64,000 nucleotides of DNA from Malacoraja senta (lineage: Eukaryota): assembly GCA_038087875.1 (NCBI GenBank), contig JAXLNO010000061.1, forward strand, positions 186,001 to 250,000. The letters run 5' to 3'. The translations under genes were made by a program, and so were the position numbers. Below the pieces are notes generated by a model. That model saw only the letters and a list, made by a program, of their open reading frames with translations. It did no database searches and was not told where the DNA came from. Positions 35,030 to 48,334 of this stretch are shown here, piece by piece. The number at the start of each line of letters is the position of its first letter. Within the stretch, counting starts at the first letter, position 1.

Positions 35030-38000
35030 TGCTACACGGGTGGATTTAAACTAAATAGTGGGGGGGGGGGCGGAAGACAAACTGGAAATACAAGGATGGA
35101 GATAAAGGGAAAGAGAATATAAGAAAAGTTAAGAAAGACACCAGAATAAATGGGGCAGAAAGCTCAGGAAGGGATAGGAGAGCATGGCCAAGTGAAATAG
35201 GAATCGATGTGAAAGGTGAGGGGGGTAATGGATTAAAAGTATTATATATGAATGCACAAAGTATAAGAAATAAAGTGGATGAGCTTGAGGCTCAGTTAGA
35301 AATTGGCAAGTATGATGTTGTGGGAATTACAGAGACATGGCTGCAAGAGGGCCAGGGCTGGGAACTGAATATCAAGGGTATACGTCCTATCGAAAAGACA
35401 GACAGGTGGGCAGGGGGGGTGGGGTAGCTCTGTTGGTGAGGAATGAAATTCAGTCCCTTGCGAGTGGTGCCATAGAATCCGGAGATGTAGAGTCAGTATG
35501 GATAGAACTGGGGAATTGTAAGGGTAAAAATACCCTAATGGGAGTTATCTACAGGCCCCCAAACAGTAGTATAGGGTGCAAGTTGAATCAGGAGTTAAAA
35601 TTGGCATGTAGCAAAGGTGGTTATGGGAGATTTCAACATGCAGGTAGACTGGGAAAATCAGGTTGGTACTGGACCCCAAGAAAGGGAGTTTGTGGAGTGC
35701 CTTCGTGATGGATTCTTAGAGCAGCTTGTATTGGAGCCTACCAGGGAGAAGGCAATTCTGGATTTAGTGTTATGTAATGAACCGGATTTGATAAGGGAAC
35801 TCGAGGTAAAGGAGCCATTAGAAGTCAGTGACCATAATATGATAAGTTTTAATCTACAATTTGAGAGGGAGATGGGAAAATCCGAAGTGTCACTATTACT
35901 GTTGAACAAAGGGGACTATGGGGCCATGAGGGAGGAGCTGGCCAAAGTTGACTGGAAAGATACACTAGCAGCGATCACAGTGGAACAACAATGGCAGGTA
36001 TTTCTGGGAATAATACAGAAGGTGCAGGATCAGTTCAATCCAAAGAGGAAGATTCTAAAGGGAGTAAGGGGTGACCGTGGCTAACAAAGAAAGTCAATGA
36101 CAGTATAAAAATTAAAGAGTAGTATAACACAGCAAAGATGTGCAGGAAGCCAGAGGATTGGGAAACTTTTAAAGAACAACAGAAGATAACTAAAAAGGCA
36201 ATACTGGGAGAAAAGATGAGGTACGAAGATAAGCTAAAAGATAAAGGATAGTAAAAGATTCTTTAGGTATGTGAAGAGGAAAACATTAGTTATGACCAAA
36301 GTTGGACCCTTGAAGACTGAAAAAGGTGCATTTATTATGGGGAACAAGGAAATGGCAGATGTGTTGAACAGGTACTTTGGATCTGTCTTCACTAAGGAGG
36401 ACACAAACAATCTTCCTGATATAGTAGTGGCCAGAGGATCTGGGGTGACGGAGGATCTGAAGGAAATCCATATTAGGCAGGAAATGGTGTTGGATAGACT
36501 GATGGGACTAAAAGCTGATAAATGCCCAGAGCCTGATGGTGTGCATTCCAGGGTACTTAAGGAAGTGGCTCTAGAAATCGTGGACACATTGGTGATCATT
36601 TTCCAATGTTCTATAGATTCAGGGTCAGTTCCTGTGGATTGGAGGGTAGCTAATGTTATCCCACATTTTAAGAAAGGCGGGAGAGAGAAAATAGGGAATT
36701 ATAGACCAGTTAGCCTGACATCGGTGGTGGGGAAGATGCTGGAGTCAATTATTAAAGATGAAATAGCGGCACATTTGGATAGCAGTAACAGAATCGGTCC
36801 TAGTCAGCATGGATTTAGATTAGATAGATAGATAGCCCTTTATTGTCATTCAGACCGAAGTCTGAACGAAATTCCAACAGTCATACATAAAACAACAATA
36901 AACACATATTAACATCCATCACAGTGAGTCCACCCAGCATCTCCTCACTGTGATGGAGGCAAAAGTCTTAGGTCTGCAGTCTCTTCCCTCCTCTTCTCCC
37001 ACTGCGCTGAGGCGATACCCCCCGGGCGGATGTTTCCCGCGGCTCAAACACCGAGGCCCGGGGTCGTCGAAGCTGCCGCCCACCAGTCCTGCAGACGCAG
37101 CCGCTGGCCCGCGGCCGAACCCCGGACTCAGGCCACCACCGCCAGAACACCGTCCCAGCCACCCTCACGTGAGTACCGTGCCGTCTTCAGCCTCGGGCTG
37201 GGCCGCTCCGACATGGGCGCCGAACCTCCCCCGGGCCGGGCTGCTCCGACTTGGGCGTCGCTTCTCCCCCGGGCCGGGCCGCCCCGACATGGGCGTCGCT
37301 TCTCCCTCTGGCCGGGCCGCCCCGACTTGGGCGCCGAACCTCCCTCGAGCCGGGCCGCCCCGACTTGGGCGCTCACGGGAGCACTGTTCCATCCCTGAGC
37401 CGGACCGCCCTCACGGGAGCACTGTTCCAGCCCTGAGCCGGACCACCCTCACGGGAGCGAGCTCAGGGCGAGTCCTGACGGGCTCTGCCTCCGGAGCCTC
37501 GAGGTCGCCACCTCCATTAGGCCTCAGCGCAGACGGAGGCAGAGAAGGGGAATACGACAAAAAGTCGCATTCCCCCGCAGGGAGAGACTGCAAACCCCGT
37601 TACAACCCCCCACACCCCCAAAACACAAACTAAAAACCAAAAACTAGACTAACCAAAACGAAATAAACAACACAAAAAACACAAACAAACAGGACTGCCG
37701 ATGAGCCGCTGCAGCCAGTGCCGCGCCGCCACTTCCGCCATTTACGAAGGGGAAATAATGATTGACTAATCTTCTGGAATTTTTTGAGGATGTAGCTAGG
37801 AAAATGGACAAGGGAGAGCCAGTGGATGTAGTGTACCTGGACTTTCAGAAAGCATTTGATAAGGTCCCACACAGGAGATTAGTGGACAAAATTAGAGCAC
37901 ATGGTATTGGGGGTAGGGTACTGACATAGATAGAAAATTGGTTGGCAGACAGGAAACAAAGAGTAGGGATTAACGGGTCCCTTTCAGAATGGCAGGCAGT

Positions 38001-38051
38001 GACTAGTGGGGTACCACAAGGCTCGGTGCTGGGAACGCAGCTATTTACAAT
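35030..38051 (+). mobile_element. CR1 LINE ORF2 (APE endonuclease + RT), degraded, interrupted at 36818-37739
   Basis: YMNAQSIRNK, GITETW, MGDFN, SDHN and NYRPVSLTS motifs. Confidence 0.93.
36818..37739 (-). mobile_element. Non-coding ~920-bp retroposed element with (TCTA)n tail
   Basis: ATTTA duplicated at 36813-36817 and 37740-37744; the CR1 QHGFTKG codons are split by the insert; minus-strand AATAAA precedes the tail. Confidence 0.75.
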
Positions 38052-38251
38052 NNNNNNNNNNNNNNNNNNNNNNNNNNNNNNNNNNNNNNNNNNNNNNNNN
38101 NNNNNNNNNNNNNNNNNNNNNNNNNNNNNNNNNNNNNNNNNNNNNNNNNNNNNNNNNNNNNNNNNNNNNNNNNNNNNNNNNNNNNNNNNNNNNNNNNNNN
38201 NNNNNNNNNNNNNNNNNNNNNNNNNNNNNNNNNNNNNNNNNNNNNNNNNNN
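38052..38251. other. Assembly gap (200 N)
   Basis: Run of 200 N. Confidence 1.
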
Positions 38252-40568
38252 GGAGGCAGCGGGGACCGAGCACTGGCCACCGGCGGGGACGCTCACTCAC
38301 AGGGTGGTCCAGCGGTGGTTCGGCACTGCCTGCTGCGCCGGGGACACAGGCTCGACCCCGGCTGTAGATGAGGCGCGGGTCTGTGCGTGCTCTCCCCTTT
38401 CCCACTCGCATCTGCCCCCTCTCTCTCTCTCGCTGTTACACCCCCGCTCTCCCACTACCTGGCACCCCCGTTCCTCAGATTAAATGTATGTTTGTACATA
38501 AATCATGAATAAAGATAAGAATTTATACGCAGTTTATACAGTCGCTTCTTCTTTATAGCGAGTGACCTTTGGCAAATCCCATGATTCCTTGCTTTTTTTG
38601 GAATACCGAGCTCGCTTATTCCAATGAATATAAACCTAGTCAATCCATTCTTTCATCATCGCCATCCTGGGATTAACCAGGTGAACCTACGCTACACAAT
38701 AGCAAGAATGTCCTTCCTCAAGTTAGGAAAGCAAAACTCGAGGGGCTGAGCTACAGTGTGAGAATGTCTCTGGCAGGACTTGGAGCGCAGGACGATGAGG
38801 AATAATCTTACAGAAGTGGACAAAATCATGAGGAACTGATTTGGTAAAAGCATACAGTCATTTTCTATGTTGGGGAACTAAGAACCAAAGGACATCGGTT
38901 CAAGGTGAGGGGGGAATGATTTAATAGGAAAGGCTCACTTTTTCACACAAAGAGTGGTGGGTGTAAGGAACAAGCAGTTGGAAGAGGTAGTAGAGGCAGG
39001 TACTATCTCAATATTTAAGAACCATTTAGAGAGGCAGATGGATAGAGACAGGTTTGGAGATGGGCCAAACGCAGGCATGTGGGTCAAGTGTAGAATGGAC
39101 ATGTTGGCCGATGTGGGCAAGTTGGGCTGACCAGAGCTCCAGCCCCCCCCCCCCCCATGTTACACCCTCCCCTAATGCAGTGCTCCTTCCTTTTCACTGC
39201 CCGTCCCCTAACTGCAGCGGTACACCCTCCTGTACCCTCCCGCAGCGCTCCCCCCACTCCCCCTCCCCTCCGGCCACTCTACCTCGTCGCTGCCTCCTGT
39301 CCCGAGGTGCAGGCGGCTGGGTGATGGAGCCTGGGCGGGCGGGTGTGTGACATTAATCACTCAGCTGACAAACTGTGGCCATGATGTGTTTGGTGATAAT
39401 TAACCAGCAGCACAGAGACAGCAATTACTGACGTGATCAATGACTCTTTGTCAAACTATTCTGCCTGCAGCAGTTACACAAGACTGGGAATGCTGAGAAA
39501 GGAATGAAGTCTAGAGTTTAACGCCCAACTCTCCTCACAGCCTGTATCCATCCCCACACTAATCCCATGTCACATCCTGGCCGCAGATGTGAAGTAATAA
39601 TGATATTGGCACATTATTATTCATTGTTCTCCGTGTTTATTAACTCACACAGTCACAACTTCCATCTTGGCTTACACAGCCCCACCCGATCTGATCTCCA
39701 GCTCATCTGATGCAGAGGTCATCTTATTTACAGATCATCATCATGAATCATCCTTTACCAGACTTAAACTTTAAATGAACATGTATTCTTTCTAATATAC
39801 TTCCCAATTAAATTCTTACAAGACATATTTGTGTTTTTATTTGTGTTCCAATAACTTACAAAACAGATGCATTACAACTACAAAACAAATGCAACTTTTT
39901 ACACTCTCGTACCTTTAATAACCTTGCTCATAACAAACAATATTATAATAAACAGCATCATAATAACAGTATCATAATCTATAACACAAAATCGTCGTAT
40001 CGCTTGGGGACTCCTTTCACGGTTGGGTCAACTAATTGGCACAGAAGCATCAGAGTCTGTTAAATCTGTCAGTGTTGTCACCCAGACACCTTCTCTGCTC
40101 ACCACCTGCGTTGCAGCATGCTGCCTCTGGAACTGGCCACCACCTCAGAAATGTCGTCAGTTCCCTCTGAATCGGTAGCTCTTGGTGGGTTTTTGGGCCA
40201 CCTCATTTTGTGTGTCTCTGGACATGTACTTTTTGAGGCTCGATACATTTCTCTTGTAGATAACACCTTCTGGAGACTTGATTGTCACCATGCTGCCGCT
40301 CCTCGATACAACATTGTATGGCTGGCAAGTAGTGTCTATCTTACCGCCATCATCTCGCCTCACAAGCAAGTCATACCAGGCATTATTTCAGAATGCCTGG
40401 CTCCTCGTTTCAAGTCAGTATAACATTTAGCCGCACCTTTCTTTTCGGCATCACGGTCTCTCAGCTCCTGGTCTTCCGTGATCTCTCACACCTCTGGTAT
40501 TTTTCTGAGAATTTTCCTTCCTAACGTGGTTTCTGCTGGGCTTTTCCCTGTCGTTGAGTGAGTGATCG

Positions 40569-41192
40569 CAGGGGCAGAAAAACTGGGGGGGCCAGAGGGG
40601 ACACATCCCCCCCATGTTTTGAGAGGTGGTGGACATCCCCCCCAAGTTTTTGTGATCCGTATTTTTAAATCTCCGCTTTCCGCAAGACAGTGGGGGTGGG
40701 ACTGATGATCAAGGGCGCAATGATTGGAGGAGGGAGGAGTGGGGGGGGGCTGGAACTGAGGATAGAGTGCGGTGATTGGAGGAGGGGAGACATGGCACAG
40801 ACCTGTGCCTCATCCACAGGCAGCGGATCGATCCCGGACAGGTCTCCGGCGCTGTCCCGAGTGCCCCCCCCCCCACGGGTGGCCAGAGAGGTCGGGAGTC
40901 AGACGCGAGCTGTACCCCCAGGCCCACAGCCAGTGCAGATAAGCAGTGCTAAACCCAGCTCAACTCTGCCTGTCCTTGCGGGAAATATGGCCAGCGCGGA
41001 GAAGCAGTGCAGGTGTCCCGTTAGTCCAGACAGGGCTGTAGTTAACCCGGTGAGACAGGCAGAGTTGAGCTGCATTTAGCGCTGGATTGAGCCTCCGAAA
41101 CCTCGCGCGCGTGTGTGTGCGCATGCGCTCGCGGCCGCCAAAAAATTGTGTCCCCCGTCCCCTCCATGTTTTGATAGCGAGTTCCGCTCTTG
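40569..41192. mobile_element. Non-autonomous hAT element inside the Gypsy integrase
   Basis: Imperfect TIR CAGGGGCAGAA / TTCCGCTCTTG; exact 8-bp TSD AGTGATCG at 40561-40568 and 41193-41200. Confidence 0.85.
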
Positions 41193-42916
41193 AGTGATCG
41201 CCCGCTACACAGCCACGTATGCTAACAGTGCCTCCTTCCATTTTTCCCTTCGGCATGGGCGATTCGTATCCTCTTCTCTATGGACTGGTTTTGTCTCTCT
41301 ACTTCTCCATTAGCTTGTGGTCATTTCGGAGTCGCCTTGTGATGATGGACACCTGTGATTCTGATGTATTCAGCAAACGTCTCAGAAACAAACTGTAGCC
41401 CATTGTCAGAGTACAATGTAACAGGCAACCCATGTCTGGCGAAGATCTCTGCTAATGCTTGTATAGTCTTTTCTGCTGTAGTTGACGTCATCACTGCATA
41501 CTCGTAGTGCCTGCTATAGTAGTCTACCACTACTATAATTGATTCACCTGTTGGAAGTGATCCAAGAAAGTCAACAGCTACGTCAATCCATGGTCCTGTT
41601 GGCAACTTTGTACTTCTAATTGGTGCTGGTGGGTTGCTCCTGCTTGTGATTTGTCATCCGTGACAGGTCTTGATGAATTTTTCATCATCTTTCTCACAAC
41701 CTGGCCACCACACATTGCTCTGCAAATTCTGTTTAGTACCGATGATACCTAAATGTCCTTCATGAGCCAATGACACGATCCTTGGTCGTAATGCGTGTGG
41801 GATCACCAATCTGCTACCTCTCAGCACATACTGACCAATTACACAAAATTCATCTTTTATGGGAAGATATGCTTTGTAGGGGCATTGATCCATTTGCCCA
41901 CTGTGAATACGCTCTCTGATATCTTTGAGTTCAGGGTCATGTTCTGATTCCCTTGCAACTTCTTTCGTTGTCACCGCTCCTGGCGTTGACTGAGTTGCGA
42001 CGAAGCGTACAAAGTTCTCTGCTTCCACCTCCTGCATGGATGTTGCTCCCAGGTGTTCATCATTCAACAGTCTCGACAGCGGGTCCTCGATGTTTGCTTT
42101 CCCAGCAATATGGTCTACTTTGTACTTGTACTGTTGGAGTCTCAGCACCCAACGTTCTATGCTGGCACATGGCTTAAACCTTGTTGAATAGATCAATTCC
42201 AGCGGCTTGTGATCCGTAACAAGTTCAAATTCAATGTCGTACAAGTATGCATGGAACCTTTCACAGGCCCACACTAGTCCCAGTGCTTATTTCTCTGTTT
42301 GAGAATAGCTTCTCTCCTCGCTGGTTAACGATCGACTGGCATATGCTACGATTCAGGGTCCATCTGCATGGGGCTGTACGAGCACTGCTCCCAGGCCGAC
42401 CGGGACTAGCATCTGCTACGACTTTTGTTGGTGCAGCTGGATCATAATATCCAAGGGTTTCTGCACTCATTAGACTCTTTCAGTGCTTTGAATGTGTCTA
42501 TGTTCACTACTAAACTGGAACGGTACATCTTTCCTGGTCAAATTTCTCAGTGGATCTGCCAATGTAGCAAAATAAGGAATGAATTTTTCACAATAATTGA
42601 CCAGTCCTAGAAAACTCCTCATCTCAGTTGCATTCTGAGGTTCATGTGCATCTGCAACAGCTTTCATTTTAGCCTTGGCCGGGTTCAGCCCTTCACTGTG
42701 AGTCTGTGTCCCATGAAATCCATCTTAGAGATGCCAAACTTGCACTTGTCTTCATTCACGGTGAACCCTGCTTCTTAAAGTTTAGTCAACACTAGCTTCA
42801 ACCTCCTGTCATGCTCTTCCCGACTTGATGCATGGACGATAATGTCGTCTGATATGTTTGCTACTCCTGGTACACCTTGAATCACTCTGTGGATTTCATA
42901 CAGATAGATTTCTGAT

Positions 42917-45900
42917 AGGCAACTATGATGTTGTGGGAATTACTGAGACATGGCTGCAAGAGGGCCAGGGCTGGGAACTGAATATTCAAGGTTATACGTC
43001 CTATCGAAAAGACAGACAGGTGGGCAGAGGGGTGGTGTTGCTCTGTTGGTGAGGAATGAAATTCAGTCCCTTGCAAGGGATGACATTGAAACAGGAGATG
43101 TGGAGTCAGTATGGATAGAACTAAGGAATTGTAAGGATAAAAATACCCTAATGGGACTAATCTACAGGCCCCCAAACAGTAGCCTGGACATAGGGCGCAG
43201 GTTGAATCAGGAGTTAAAATTGCCATGTAGCAAAAGTAATGCTGTGGTTGTTATGGGAGATTTCAACATGCAGGTAGACTGGGAAAATCAGGTTGGTACT
43301 GGACCCCAAGAAAGGGTCTTTGTAGAGTGCCTTCGTGATCGATTCTTAGAACAGCTTGTATTGGAGCCTACCAGGGAGAAGGCAATTCTGGATTTAGTGT
43401 CATGTAATGAACCGGATTTGATAAAGGACCTCGAGGTTAATGAGCCATTAGGAAGCAGTGACCATAACATGGTCAGGTTTAATCTACAATTGGAGAGGGA
43501 GAAGGGTAGATCGGAGGTGTCAGCGTTGCAGTTGAATAAAGGGGACTATGGGGCCATGAGGGAGGAGCTGACCAAAGTTGACTGGAAAGATACACTAGCA
43601 GGGATGACAGTGGAACAAAAATGGCAGGTACTTCTAGGAATAATACAGAAGGTGCAGGATCAGGATCAGTTCATTCCTAGGAGGAAGAAAGATTCCAAGG
43701 GGAGAAAGGGACGACCATGGCTGACAAGGGACGTCAGGGACAGTATAAAAATTAAAGCGAAGATGTACAACGTAGCAAAGATGAGCGGGAAGCAAGAGGA
43801 TTGGGTAATGATTAAAGAACAACAGAAGATAACCAAAAAGACAATACGGGGAGAAAAGATGAGGTACGAAGATAAGCTAGCCAAGAATATAAAGCAGGAT
43901 AGTAAAAGCTTCTTCAGGTATGTGAAGAGGAAAAAATTAGTTAAGACCAAAGTTGGACCCTTGAAGACCGAAAAAGGTGGATTTATTATGGGGAACAAGG
44001 AAATGGCAGATGAGTTGAACAGGTACTTTGGATCTGTCTTCACTAAGGAAGACACAAACAATCTTCCTGATATAGTAGTGGCCAGAGGATCTGGGGTGAC
44101 GGAGGAACTGAAGGAAATCCACATTAGGCAGGAAATGGTGTTGGATAGACTGATGGGACTGAAGGCTGATAAATCCCCAGGGCCTGATGGTCTGCATCCC
44201 AGGGTACTTAAGGAAGTGGCTCTAGAAATTGTGGATGCATTGGTGATAATTTTCCAATGTCCTGTGGATTGGATGATAGCTAATGCTATCCCACTTTTTA
44301 AGAAAGGCAGGAGAGAGAAAACAGGGAATTATAGACCAGTTAGCCTGACATCGGTGGTGGGGAAGATGCTGGAGCCAATTATAAAAGATGAGATAGCCAC
44401 ACATTTGGATAGCAGTAACTGGATCGGTCCGAGTCAGCATGGATTTACGAAGGGATAATCATGCTTGACTAATCTTCAGGAATTGTTTGAAGATATAACT
44501 AGGAAATTGGACAAGGGAGAGCCAGTGGATGTAGTGTACCTGGACTGTCAGAAAGCATTTGATAAGGTCCCACATAGAAGATTAGTGTGCAAAATTAGGG
44601 CACATGGTATTGGGGGTAGAGTGCTGACATGGATAGAAAAGTGGTTGGCAGACAGGAAACAAAGAGTAGGGATTAACAGGTCCCTTTCAGAATGGCAGGC
44701 AGTGACTAGAGGGGTACCGCGAGCCTCGGTGCTGGGACCGCAGCTATTTACAATATACATCAATGATTTTGATGAAGGGATTCAAAGTAACATTGGCAAA
44801 TTTGCAGATGACACAAAGCTGGGTGGCAGTGCGAACTGTGAGGAGGATGCTATGAGAATGCAGGGTGACTAGGATAGGTTGGGTGAGTGGGCAGATGCAT
44901 GACGGATGAAGTTTAACGCAGATAAATGTGAGGTTATCCACTTTGGTAGCAAAAACAGGAAGGCAGATTACTATCTAAATGATGTCAAGTTGGGAAAAGG
45001 GGAAGTACAACGGGATCTGGGGGTCCTTGTTCATCAGTCTATGAAAGTAAGCATGCAGGTACAGCAGGCAGTGAAGAAAGCGAATGGCATTTTGTCCTTT
45101 ATAACAAGAGGAATCGAATATAGGAGCAAAGAGGTCCTTCTGCAGTTGTACAGAGCCCTAGTGAGACCACACCTGGAGTATTGTGTACAGTTTTGGCCCC
45201 CTAATTTGAGGAAGGACATTCTTGCTATTGAGGGAGTGCAGTGTAGGTTTACAAGGTTAATTCCCGGGATGGCGGGACTGTCATATGCTGAGAGAATGGA
45301 GCAGCTGGGCTTGTACACTCTGGAGTTTAGAAGGATGAGTTTGGAAAGTGGTGAAATCATTGGACAAAGTCAGCATGGATTTACGAAAGGTAAATCATGT
45401 CTGACGAATCTTATAGAATTTTTCGAGGATGTAACTAGTAGAGTGGATAAGGGAGAACCAGTGGATGTGTTGTATCTGGACTTTCAGAAGGCTTTTGACA
45501 AGGTCCCACATAAGAGATTAGTATACAAACTTAAAGCACATGGTATTGGGGGTTCAGTATTGATGTGGATAGAGAACTAGCTGGCAAACAGGAAGCAAAG
45601 AGTAGGAGTAAACGGGTCCTTTTCGCAATGGCATGCAGTGACTAGTGGGGTACCGCAAGGCTCAGTGCTGGGACCCCAGCTATTTACAATTTATATTAAT
45701 GACCTGGATGAGGGAGTTGAAGGCAACATCTCCAAGTTTGCGGATGACACTAAGCTGGGGGCCAGTGTTAGCTGTGAGGAGGATGCTAGGAGACTGCAAG
45801 GTGACTTGGATAGGCTGGGTGAGTGGGCAAATGTTTGGCAGATGCAGTATAATGTGGATAAATGTGAGGTTATCCACTTTGGTGGCAAAAACAGGAAAGT

Positions 45901-47035
45901 AGACTATTATCTAAATGGTGGCCGATTAGGAAAAGGGGAGATGCAGCGAGACCTGGGTGTCATGGTACACCAGTCATTGAAAGTAGGCATGCAGGTGCAG
46001 CAGGCAGTGAAGAAAGCGAATGGTATGTTAGCTTTCATAGCAAAAGGATTTGAGTATAGGAACAGCGAGGTTCTACTGCAGTTGTACAGGGCCTTGGGGA
46101 GACCACACCCTGGAGTATTGCGTACAGTTTTGGTCTCCAAATCTGAGGAAGGACATTATAGCCATAGAGGGAGTGCAGAGAAGGTTCACCAGACTGATTC
46201 CTGGGATGTCAGGTCTTTCATATGAAGAAAGACTGGATAGACTTGGCTTATACTCGCCAGAATTTAGGAGATTAAGAGGGGATCTTCTAGAAACGTACAA
46301 AATTCTTATGGGGTTGGACAGGCTAGATGCAGGAAGATTGTTCCCGATGTTGGGGAAGTCCAGGACAAAGGGTCACAGCTAAGGATAAGGGGGAAATCCT
46401 TTAAGACCGAGATGAGAAAAAACATTTTCACACAGAGAGTGGTGAATCTCTGGAACTCTCTGCCACAGAGGGTAGTTGAGGCCAGTTCATTGGCTATATT
46501 TAAGAGGGAGTTAGATGTGGCCCTTGTGGCTAAAGGGATCAGGGGGTATGGAGAGAAGGCAGGTACGGGATACTGACTTGGATGATCAGCCATGATCATA
46601 TTGAATGGTTCGAAGGGCCGAATGGCCTACTCCTGCACCTATTTTCTATGTATCTATGTATCTATGATAGGGGATCTCATTGAAACATATAAGATTGTTA
46701 AGGGTTTGGAACGCTAGAGGCAGGAAACATGTTCCCGATGTTGGGGGAGTCCAGAACCAGGGGCCACAGTTTAAGAATAAGGAGTAAGCCATTTAGAACA
46801 GGGACGAGGAGAGTGGTGAGTCTGTGGAATTCTCTGCCTCATAGGGCGGTGGAGGTGGGTTCTCTGGATGCTTTCAAGAGAGAGCTAGATAGGGCTCTTA
46901 AAAATAGCGGAGTCAGGGGATATGGGGAGAAGGCAGGAACGGGGTACTGATTGGGGATGATCAGCCATGATCACATTGAATGGCGGTGCTGGCTCGAAGG
47001 GCCGAATGGCCTACTCCTGCACCTATTGTTTATTG
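42917..47035 (+). mobile_element. CR1 LINE (APE+RT) with a second CR1 nested at ~45340-46665
   Basis: 502-aa ORF at 42950-44458. The outer copy breaks at LEFRRM, jumps to LESGEIIGQSQHG, and resumes after a (TATGTATC)n tail. Confidence 0.93.
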
Positions 47036-48334
47036 TAGACCTCTACTGTCGGCGTAAGATTTGAATTCCTCCAGGCAAGCATTCCACTTCACGCTGACGG
47101 TACTCACATCACCCGTCGGATCGAAGTGTGCAACTCGTCGTAGTGCGAAGAAATCAGCTCCAGCGACTGCCATTTTAAAATAAAAATCTTTTACCAGCTC
47201 AAAGCCACGGATTCAGAATCCAAAATATCCAAAATATCCAAATATCCGTATTATCCAAAATATCCTCGTCGCCTATGTCACATCCTGGCTGCAGATGTGA
47301 AGTAATAATGATATTGACACATTATTAAGAAGTTACATTCATTGTTCTCCGTGTTTATTAACTCACACAGTCACAGCTTCCATCTTGGCTTACACAGCCC
47401 CACCCGATCTGATCTCCAGCTCATCTGATGCAGAGGTCATCTTATTTACATATCATCATTATGACTCATCGTCATGACCCACCAGCCCACTCTCTCCCCA
47501 CTGCCCTGAATCCATCCCATAGTAATCCTGCCACTCCACAATCTCCCCACAGCCAGTTCAATCCCCATACTAATCCCATTGCCCTACTGTGTCTGCACAG
47601 CCCTGTAACTCCCCACTACTCCCCACCCACTCTTCCCACACTACTCCCTGCCCCCACGCACTCTCCCCACACTAATCCCTGCCCCCACTCACTTTAATCC
47701 CTGCCCCCACCCACACTAATCCCTGCCCCCACCCACACTCTCCCCACACTAATCCCTGCCCCAGGGCCGGATTTAGATGAAGAGAGGCCCTAAGCTGTTC
47801 CACTTGTGAGCCCCCCCCCCCCCAATCCCCCACCCGCACGACTAGAGGAAGATGGTCCACCAAATTTACACCGATTTGCAGCCGAGCGTGGCCAATGAGA
47901 TAAGGGGCTGGAAAGCTGCTCTTTTTTATTTATTTATTTATTGCCAGTGCTAGTGTCGAGTTATCGGCTTAAAACACTATTATTCTGAAATGGAGGGCAA
48001 GGAAAATTACTGAAGGGTTGTTTAGAGACTACAGTGCGTTGTGACAGCATATGTAAAAAAGGCCTATGACAGTATCAAAAATATTATACTCCTTGCAGGG
48101 CTCTCACTTAACTTTTTTCCTCTGTTGTCTGCCGGGCAACCTTTGCAGCTTTTTAAGTTGCCAAATGACAGTTTAGGTAATCATTTAAGATAGGTAGGCA
48201 TGCGATAATGTGCTCGGACGAAGTGCATAGTTACCAGTCGGAATTATGCTCAATGAAGCATTCACATATTATTTCTGCTTCAAATTAAGTCACAAACTAA
48301 ACATATTCACCAATCAAGACATGATATATACCAC

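Larger units (their letters stand above)
39568..47468 (-). mobile_element. Gypsy LTR retrotransposon (degraded, nested insertions)
   Basis: Similar LTRs at 39568-39750 and 47276-47468; PBS-like TAGGCGACGAGGAT (tRNA-Ser); gag N-terminus ~47040-47173; RT ISDDII, RNase H DAS/TDHKPL, integrase HxxH-CxxC, VDF, SDNG. Confidence 0.92.

Noticed and set aside
42950..44458. 502-aa ORF (and the 560-aa ORF at 52446-54128) as host genes or active LINEs
   Set aside because: Truncated CR1 ORF2 pieces with downstream stops or frameshifts; none is a complete APE-RT.
47762..48200. hAT-like left ends (CAGGGCCGGATTTAG, CAGGGCTCTCAC)
   Set aside because: No matching right TIR or TSD found, so boundaries cannot be supported.
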